The notes beneath the pieces are model-generated. The model did no database searches. It was not told where the DNA came from and saw only the letters and a program-made list of their open reading frames with translations. DNA of 64,000 nt from Flavobacteriales bacterium. Its GTDB lineage: Bacteria; Bacteroidota; Bacteroidia; Flavobacteriales; Flavobacteriaceae. The stretch covers positions 3,086 to 67,085 of the forward strand of contig JALWLE010000141.1 in NCBI GenBank assembly GCA_026996605.1. Direction: 5' to 3'. The translations under genes were made by a program, and so were the position numbers. Of this stretch, positions 28,927 to 35,893 are shown in pieces; position 1 is the first letter of the stretch; each line of letters opens with the position of its first letter.

Positions 28927-29066
28927 GTAGAAACGCACGATCGTGCATCTGATGTAGAAAGCGCAGATGAATTGAAAATTGAAAATGGAGAATTAGATTT
29001 CTCACTGCGTTCGAAATGACAGCAATTGTCATTCCGACAGAGCGAGGGACGAGCGACGAGGAATCT
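28927..29066 (+). repeat. Degenerate REP-like hairpin plus X element at junction 12
   Basis: gtagaaacgcacgatcgtgcatctgatg at 28927-28954. X element agatttctcactgcgttcgaaatgaca-gcaat-tgtcattccgacagagcg...gaggaatct at 28995-29066. Confidence 0.8.
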
Positions 29067-29173
29067 AATCTAAAAATTTGATATGTAATAATAAGTTTTA
29101 AGAAGATGTCATTTAAAAAGTAGAATTTTGGTTTGTATTTCTGCAAGGCACTTCACACTAAAAAATATAGACA

Positions 29174-30964
29174 ATGAGTATAATAGATTTGAAAGGCATA
29201 TTAACACCAATGACGGCGCTGAAGCAAATTGGAAAACAACCGCATACCATAAGTTTTCCAGATGAGCAGAAAGATATTTCGCCGCGTTATAGAGGTTTTC
29301 ATTACAACGATTTGGAGCAATGTATCGGTTGTGGCAACTGTGCGACTATTTGTATGAATGAAGCCATTGATATGATTGCATTGGCGGGCATTGAGGGACA
29401 AGCCGGTGATAGTGGCTTACGCCCGCAGATAGACTATGGGCGTTGTTGTTATTGTGCCTTGTGTGTCGATGTATGTCCGTCAGGCTCGCTCAATATGACA
29501 CAAGATTTTATCAAAGTCAGCCCTGATCCTTTTGATTTCTTGATGGTGCCGGGTAAGGACAATCCCGAGGCAAAAGAAAAATTGAGTTTTACGGCAGATC
29601 TAGATACATCGCTCAATGTATTTGACCGTGTGCCAATGCGTGAACTCGACCCGGAAGAACGGGTAAAATCTTTTGCCGAAGTATTTTTGGGCTATAACGA
29701 AGAAGAAGCCCGTATTGAAGCCAGTCGTTGTATCAGTTGCGGACTTTGTACTGAAAATTGTCCGGTGCATATGCACATACCGGAATATATCAATGCCATT
29801 GCCAAAGCTGATGATGAAGCGGCAATTAAGATCATTTATGACAATAACGATTTACCCGAAATGTGTGGTAAAGTTTGTACTCGTCGTTGTGAAGATGTTT
29901 GTGCGTTGCAGGTAAGAGGAGAAGCCGTTGCGATTCGTTGGCTTAAACGCTATGCAACCGAACGGGCTGAAAATGCCGATATGATTGCCGAAATTGTCAA
30001 TCCTGAAATCAGAGAACCGAATCAATATAAAGTTGGTATTATTGGTGCCGGTCCGGGTGGATTAACCGCTGCATATTATTTGGCATTACGCGGTTACAAT
30101 GTAACGGTTTACGAAGCGCATAAAGATCCGGGCGGTATGATAATGTATGGTATTCCAAAATACCGTTTGCCGTATGAAAGTATCCAAAAACAGGTGGATT
30201 ATATGAAAAAAGTTGGTGTAAAAATACATTTCAATACGGTGGTTGGAAAAGATATAAGTTTTGATGAAATTTATAACAACAGCGATGCCGTTTTTATGGC
30301 GGTTGGACTGCAAGATGCATGGAATTTGGGCATAGAAAATGACGATGCCAAAGGTGTATGGTCTGCTATTAATTTTCTAGGAAAAGTCAATTCCGGCGAA
30401 CCGGTTGATATTGGAAAACGCGTCGTTGTAGTAGGCGGTGGTGATGTGTCTATTGACTGTTCTCGTGTATCGCGCCGTTTGGGTGCCGAAGTTTATCAAT
30501 CTTACAGACGTCGTATTCAAGATATGCCTGCGGATTTAGAAGAAATTGAAGGTGCAGAAGCCGAAGGTGTACATATTATGCCACAAACCATTCCGACACG
30601 TGTGATTAAAGACGAAAACGGTAAAGTCAAAGGATTGGAATACGTCAGAGCCGAAATGATTTCGGAAGGCGGTGGACGTCCGCGACCAAAACCTATTGAG
30701 GGCAGCGAAACCATAATCGAATGTGATGCCGTGATTGCCGCAATCGGACAAAAAGCTGATTACAGCTTACTACCGGAACATATTTTAGCCAAATTGGAAA
30801 TGCAAAAAAATAAAATTGTGGTGGATGAGAATAGGAAAACATCTATTCCTAAATTATTTGCCGGTGGTGATGCCGTTGTTTCCGGTCGTAATGATGCCAT
30901 TTCGGCAATTGCAGATGGCTACGCTGCTACAAAAGCGATTGATGCGATGTTGATGGGGAGTTAA
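29174..30964 (+). CDS. Fusion protein: NuoI/MbhN-like 2x[4Fe-4S] ferredoxin domain plus GltD/SudA/NfnB-like NAD(P)H-dependent FAD oxidoreductase
   Basis: N-terminal CIGCGNCATIC and CCYCALCVDVCP. Then RCISCGLCTENCP...MCGKVCTRRCEDVC, and GIIGAGPGGLTAAYYL...GGMIMYGIPKYRLP plus a second Rossmann VVVVGGGDVSID. Confidence 0.85.
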   Translation: MSIIDLKGILTPMTALKQIGKQPHTISFPDEQKDISPRYRGFHYNDLEQCIGCGNCATICMNEAIDMIALAGIEGQAGDSGLRPQIDYGRCCYCALCVDVCPSGSLNMTQDFIKVSPDPFDFLMVPGKDNPEAKEKLSFTADLDTSLNVFDRVPMRELDPEERVKSFAEVFLGYNEEEARIEASRCISCGLCTENCPVHMHIPEYINAIAKADDEAAIKIIYDNNDLPEMCGKVCTRRCEDVCALQVRGEAVAIRWLKRYATERAENADMIAEIVNPEIREPNQYKVGIIGAGPGGLTAAYYLALRGYNVTVYEAHKDPGGMIMYGIPKYRLPYESIQKQVDYMKKVGVKIHFNTVVGKDISFDEIYNNSDAVFMAVGLQDAWNLGIENDDAKGVWSAINFLGKVNSGEPVDIGKRVVVVGGGDVSIDCSRVSRRLGAEVYQSYRRRIQDMPADLEEIEGAEAEGVHIMPQTIPTRVIKDENGKVKGLEYVRAEMISEGGGRPRPKPIEGSETIIECDAVIAAIGQKADYSLLPEHILAKLEMQKNKIVVDENRKTSIPKLFAGGDAVVSGRNDAISAIADGYAATKAIDAMLMGS

Positions 30965-31504
30965 TAAGTGGAATGTATTTAGTGCCAAGTGAAAAGAGGT
31001 AAAGTTTAAAGAGACAAAGTAGGACATTTAAAATAATACCAATTCCAAATATAAAATAGTCCAAAAGGATTTGGGGTATTCCCGATTTATAGAGACAGAT
31101 TATACCGATATTCATAAAAATAGTTCAATTTTCCGGAAATTATCATGATTTTGATTATGATAATCAAAAAAATGAGAACCGTAAATAGGATGTGAAACGA
31201 ACCTACAATAACAATCAGATTAAGAGGTTTATTTATCGTTTTATAGCAATTGCAAGAAAATGGATGCATCAATGGCGGTAATGGGTGTTAAAACTCTACA
31301 CTAATCGACCGTATTATACAGGTTGATTGATCGAAAAACATATCTTAAATGTTAAATACAGGGAAGGGAATATTTGGTTTTTAAATAGATAATTGTTGAT
31401 AACCGGACTGTTATGTTTTATTTGTAAAATTATGCTCTTTATTTGTTTAAAAGTATAACTAGTCTTTTCAAAATTATCTATTGATAAGCTAAAAAAATAT
31501 TAGC

Positions 31505-31836
31505 TCTATGTCGTTTTGTGTGGGTAATAATAAATTAGGTTCAAGAATCATTTAATCATGGTGATTATCTTTTTAAATAATTTCACCCCTACGGGGTTTA
31601 TGTTCTTAATGATATAAATTTTCTATAATTATGTCACTTCCTTCAGGGTTCAATAGTGTTTTTTTATTGTTTAATCTATAAATATATCACCTCTACGGGG
31701 TTCTTTATATGAAGCCCGAAGGGCTGACATTATTATAATAAAACAATGTCTTTGACCCCGACAAATGCGGGGGGCATTATTATTTGAGATATTATATATT
31801 TTACCCACTTAAATCGATATAAGACCAAAATATTTT
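31505..31836 (+). mobile_element. MITE-like ~330-bp non-coding repeat, copy 1
   Basis: Roughly 85-90% identical by eye to 38754-39098. Imperfect ~30-bp terminal inverted repeats (tctatgtcgttttgtgtgggtaa...ttacccacttaaatcgatataaga). Internal ~50-bp sub-repeats each carry a CCCC-TACG-GGGG-type hairpin. Confidence 0.7.
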
Positions 31837-31937
31837 TAACTCTTTTTACGTTAAATTTTAGATAATAAATACGGAAAAAATTCTATTTTTAAAATTTTTA
31901 TATCTTGTTTCGGATTGATAGCATATTAACTATGATT

Positions 31938-33119
31938 TTATATTTTTGATAATGCCTGATCTAAATCGTTAATAATATCTTCTACGTTTTCGATACCAAC
32001 AGCAAAACGAACAAGTTCGTCAGTAATACCTGCTTCTTCACGAGCTTCCTTACTCATGGAAGCATGTGTCATTGATGCCGGGTGTTGAATTAAAGTTTCA
32101 ACACCACCTAATGAAACTGCCAGAAGTGCGAGTTTAACATTATCCATTAATATTTTTCCGGCATTAAAACCACCTTTAACTCCAAAACTAATCATAGCAC
32201 CTGGTAATGCCATTTGTTTTTGTGCCAGTTCATATTGTGGGTAAGATTTAAGTCCGGGATATTTAATCCAAGCTATTTTAGGATGATTTTCTAAGAATTC
32301 AGCTATTTTCATTGCATTTTTGCTAGCACGTTCTATACGAAGCGAGAGAGTTTTTACACCACGAATAACCATATATGCCTGATGCGGATCCATATTGGCA
32401 CCAAAATATGCCATAGTTTTACGTAATCTTGCATAAAGAGTTTCATTATTTGCAATTAAAGCACCACCAACTATATCAGCATGTCCGTTAATAAATTTAG
32501 TTAAAGAATGTAAAACTATATCAGCACCTAAATCTATAGGTTTTTGTATATACGGACTTGAAAAAGTATTATCCACCGCCATAAGAATATTATGCCTGTG
32601 TGCTAAATCGGAAACTGCTTTAATGTCAGTTAAAACCATAGTCGGATTAGTAGGCGACTCAACATAGATTAATTTAGTATTGGGTTTAATTGCCGCTTCA
32701 ATATCTTTTATTTTAGCGGTATCGACAAAAGTTGATTGTACACCAAAATCTTTAAAAAAACTTTCCATTATTGCTCTTGATGGTCCATACATCGCTTCGG
32801 AGCCAATCATATGATCGCCTGACTTGAGTGTTGCCGCATACAAAGCGCTAACGGCTCCCATTCCTGATGCAAATACGACAGCTTTATAACCGTTTTCCAA
32901 GGCAGCTAACTTGTCTTCCAGTGCTGTAATAGTCGGATTACCGATACGGGTATAAATATAACCGGGTTCTTTACCTGCAAAACGGGCGGCGCCTTGATCG
33001 GCATTTTTAAATGCAAATGTTGATGTTTGGTAAATAGGAGTCACTGCTGAGCCAAAAGCATCATCAAAGTCTCCGGCATGGATTAACTTGGTATCAAAAC
33101 CTTTATTTTTTGTGTTCAT
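31938..33119 (-). CDS. Methionine gamma-lyase / Cys-Met-metabolism PLP-dependent enzyme
   Basis: FDTKLIHAG, YTRIGNPT and SLTKFINGHAD (PLP-Lys) motifs. Confidence 0.8.
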   Translation of the reverse strand: MNTKNKGFDTKLIHAGDFDDAFGSAVTPIYQTSTFAFKNADQGAARFAGKEPGYIYTRIGNPTITALEDKLAALENGYKAVVFASGMGAVSALYAATLKSGDHMIGSEAMYGPSRAIMESFFKDFGVQSTFVDTAKIKDIEAAIKPNTKLIYVESPTNPTMVLTDIKAVSDLAHRHNILMAVDNTFSSPYIQKPIDLGADIVLHSLTKFINGHADIVGGALIANNETLYARLRKTMAYFGANMDPHQAYMVIRGVKTLSLRIERASKNAMKIAEFLENHPKIAWIKYPGLKSYPQYELAQKQMALPGAMISFGVKGGFNAGKILMDNVKLALLAVSLGGVETLIQHPASMTHASMSKEAREEAGITDELVRFAVGIENVEDIINDLDQALSKI

Positions 33120-33166
33120 TATAGTTGTTTTTTGCTTTCAAATTTACGGACTAATTTTGTAAAAAA

Positions 33167-33916
33167 CTAATGATTTTTCTTATTAAAAACTGTTGCGTTG
33201 GCTTGAGCAGTTGGTAAAATTAACATATCTGCTATGTTGACATGTGCCGGACGTGTTGCCATATATAATACTGCATCAGCTATATCGTCAGCAGTAAGTG
33301 GTTGATAACCTGCATAAACCTTTTGATTGGCATTGTTATCTTTTAGTCTGACAATCGAGAATTCAGTTTTAACAGCACCCGGCGAGACACTTCCAACCTT
33401 AATATTATATGGGTTTAAATCAATACGCATAGCTTTGGTTAAGGCTTCAACAGCATGTTTTGTAGCACAATAAACAGCACCTTTTCCATAGGCTTCCTTT
33501 CCGGCTATTGAGCTGACATTAATTATTTGTCCCATCTGTCGTTTTACCATTTTTTGTGATATAATTTTGGTTACATATAACAAACCTTTGATATTAGTAT
33601 CTATCATTTGTTCCCAATCTTCGATACTATTTTTATGTATTGGTTCTAATCCTGCTGCTAATCCGGCATTATTTACCAGTAAATCAATTTTTTTCCAATT
33701 TTCCGGTAAACTTTCTAGGGCTTTTTGAACCTGATAATTGTCTTTAATATCAAAATTTAAAGGATAGATTTGATCCCCCAATTCGTATGATATTTTTTTT
33801 AAGCGATCTTTACGCCGTCCGGTAATAATAACTTTAAAGCCATTTTGTGATAATAGTTTTGCAGTTGCTTTACCAATTCCTGATGTCGCACCTGTTATTA
33901 GAGCTGTCTTTTTCAT
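33167..33916 (-). CDS. Short-chain dehydrogenase/reductase (YdfG-like, NADP-dependent)
   Basis: TGATSGIGKA, NNAG and YCATKHAV catalytic motifs. Confidence 0.85.
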   Translation of the reverse strand: MKKTALITGATSGIGKATAKLLSQNGFKVIITGRRKDRLKKISYELGDQIYPLNFDIKDNYQVQKALESLPENWKKIDLLVNNAGLAAGLEPIHKNSIEDWEQMIDTNIKGLLYVTKIISQKMVKRQMGQIINVSSIAGKEAYGKGAVYCATKHAVEALTKAMRIDLNPYNIKVGSVSPGAVKTEFSIVRLKDNNANQKVYAGYQPLTADDIADAVLYMATRPAHVNIADMLILPTAQANATVFNKKNH

Positions 33917-34021
33917 AGAATAACTATTAATTTAAAAAATAGAATAACTATTAATTTAAAAATAATATATTTTAAAAAATATTTATAATTTTAACATAAA
34001 CTAAAAACTTAGATCATAAAT

Positions 34022-35344
34022 TTATTTTGTAAAAATAAGCTTACGCATTTTTATAGATAAAGTATGCCCTGTCAAGTCTGTCCAAATCGGGATAACTATC
34101 CCTTTGTAAGCATCAATATTATTATAATCACCTATAAAGACTTGTTTTACCGGCTTAAAAGGTTTTTCAGAAATATTCAACGACTTAAATGTTTCACCAC
34201 CATCAGTGCTGTATGAGAGTGTTACATCTGTCTTTTCATCAGTATAACGACTTCGGTCATAATAGACTATATAGATGTATCCGGTATCTGGGTCTATCGC
34301 CATCCAAGTCAAGTATTGATGTGTTTTTGTTGAGTCGGTATTGACACGCTTAGGTTTAGACCAAGTTTTACCACCATCGGTGCTTTTGGCAATAAAAATA
34401 TCAGTATCATCGGTGCCGTGACGTTGGTCAGACCAATTTATATATAATGTACCACTATAAAAATTATTACTGTTATCAATACCTAAAACAGGCATCCCAT
34501 TTGCTCTGAACACACCGGGAATTTCATAATCCCAACCATGGGGCTGGTCTGCGACCACTATATCATCATCTAACCAAGTTTTGCCACCATCGGTACTTTT
34601 GTCAAAATAAATTTTGTTATGATATGCCCATGCAACGTAAATATTACCTTGTTTATCGAACACTGGCACAGCTCCTTCAACCGTATTGTCACTGTCTAAA
34701 CAATCTCCATCCAATTGGTTAATTTTAAGCGGTTTGGTCCATGTTTTACCAAAATCTGTAGATTTTGAAAACAGAATTCGCGAATGATCATTAGGTTTTT
34801 TACTATTATACTTATCAAATTCGGTCCAAGTAACTGCTAATTCACCGGTAATTGGATGAATACCTATCCAATGCTTGTCTTGTTCGTGTTGGTTATTGTA
34901 ACCGATAGCTATATCATCAGTCCATGTTTTGCCTTTATCGGTTGATTTCTGAATAACTATACTACTTAAAAATTCTTTACTATTGCGGTTATTATTCGGA
35001 TTAGCCAAATGTAAATAATAAATATTGCCAAAACTATCTGAAGCCAAACAGGGATCTCCAAAAACACCATGGCGTGAACGTAATTTACTGTTTTTCCAAG
35101 TTTGACCGCCATCATTAGTTACATGAACATTATCATAAATACTACCGGCTACTATATTAGTTGTATCGGTTTTGTTAATACAAATACCGGGTTCAGACAA
35201 AGCTGAAAAAGGATTAGGATTTTTCATAATAGTTACTACCTTTGACATAGAAATATGAATCGGTTTTCGGTATGCTTTTTGAGATGATTTACAAGCATTA
35301 AGCAATAAAACACTCAAAATAGTGATAAAAAAATATTTCTTCAT
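34022..35344 (-). CDS. BNR/Asp-box repeat (sialidase-fold) beta-propeller lipoprotein
   Basis: Lipobox LLNAC. At least six S-x-D-x-G-x-T-W Asp-box motifs (STDKGKTW, STDFGKTW, STDGGKTW x2, STDGGETF, and others). Confidence 0.7.
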   Translation of the reverse strand: MKKYFFITILSVLLLNACKSSQKAYRKPIHISMSKVVTIMKNPNPFSALSEPGICINKTDTTNIVAGSIYDNVHVTNDGGQTWKNSKLRSRHGVFGDPCLASDSFGNIYYLHLANPNNNRNSKEFLSSIVIQKSTDKGKTWTDDIAIGYNNQHEQDKHWIGIHPITGELAVTWTEFDKYNSKKPNDHSRILFSKSTDFGKTWTKPLKINQLDGDCLDSDNTVEGAVPVFDKQGNIYVAWAYHNKIYFDKSTDGGKTWLDDDIVVADQPHGWDYEIPGVFRANGMPVLGIDNSNNFYSGTLYINWSDQRHGTDDTDIFIAKSTDGGKTWSKPKRVNTDSTKTHQYLTWMAIDPDTGYIYIVYYDRSRYTDEKTDVTLSYSTDGGETFKSLNISEKPFKPVKQVFIGDYNNIDAYKGIVIPIWTDLTGHTLSIKMRKLIFTK

Positions 35345-35367
35345 AAACTAAAATTTGTTTCAAAGAT

Positions 35368-35847
35368 ATGAAAAAGCTTTTTTATACATTTATCTTTTTA
35401 AGCCTAACTGCTTTTAGCATGCATAAATATTATGTCAGCGTAACCGAAATTTATATTAAACCTAACAAACTTGAAATCATCATCCGGACTTTTCCTGATG
35501 ATATTGAAAATATTTTAAAAGATATCTATCATATTAATTCGGATTTATCTAAAAAAAAAACGAGAGAGTTGTTAAAAGAATATATTAATTCTCATTTTTT
35601 AGTTAACATTGACAATCAGCCTATTAACTATCAATATTACGGCATAACCATGGAAGATGAATTTTTAGTAATTTTACTTCAAGCTAATATTGATAGAACG
35701 TCTAAAAAAATAAGTGTTAGAAACATCATTTTACAAGATTTATATGACGAACAAAAAAATATCATTCATTTTTTCTACCAAGACGACAAAGCAAGTTTTA
35801 TTTTGATTAAACAAGATCCTATAGCAGAATATGAATTAAAAAAATAA
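35368..35847 (+). CDS. Hypothetical secreted protein (HKYYVSVTEI N-terminal motif)
   Basis: Signal peptide. 159-aa ORF. Family assignment not secure from memory. Confidence 0.45.
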   Translation: MKKLFYTFIFLSLTAFSMHKYYVSVTEIYIKPNKLEIIIRTFPDDIENILKDIYHINSDLSKKKTRELLKEYINSHFLVNIDNQPINYQYYGITMEDEFLVILLQANIDRTSKKISVRNIILQDLYDEQKNIIHFFYQDDKASFILIKQDPIAEYELKK

Positions 35848-35893
35848 GCCGCCAAAAAAATTGACGGCTTTTTCAGTAAAAAATTATGTTATT

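Noticed and set aside
17950-28954. Could the regularly spaced palindromic repeats be a CRISPR array or integron attC sites?
   Set aside because: Four different repeat classes alternate in a fixed order, with conserved rather than unique intervening sequence. They sit between genes of a functionally coherent operon in conserved order, and no cas or intI gene is present. The GTAG plus palindrome architecture fits REP/BIME-type elements better.
17950-28954. REP-like hairpins as rho-independent terminators fragmenting the cluster into monocistronic units.
   Set aside because: None is followed by a T/U-run on the transcribed strand; they are followed by GAAT, GAAAA or GTGAAAA. Partial attenuation cannot be excluded without RNA data.
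17470-29146. Many antisense and overlapping track ORFs across the operon junctions share peptides such as MRCNVSTLSI..., ...RRFAKTSL... and ...VISNAVRNL. Examples are 17796-18149, 17890-18105, 17957-18142, 19247-19492, 19281-19487, 19291-19599, 20165-20449, 20170-20511, 24350-24583, 24486-24671, 27494-27718, 27567-27749 and 28907-29146.
   Set aside because: Their similarity simply mirrors the repeated palindromic DNA. They overlap one another in several frames, run antisense to the operon, and lack any protein-like composition. They are treated as translation artefacts of repeats.
31087-31272. 61-aa minus-strand ORF with one hydrophobic helix in the 970-bp spacer after the cluster. There is also an overlapping ORF at 30927-31115.
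   Set aside because: There is no recognisable family and the composition is very AT-rich. It overlaps another weak ORF. A small membrane protein is possible but cannot be supported from sequence alone.
33917-33962. Tandem duplication agaataactattaatttaaaaa x2 directly upstream of the SDR start codon.
   Set aside because: This is a simple AT-rich duplication in a short promoter region with no further structure or recurrence. It is not informative.
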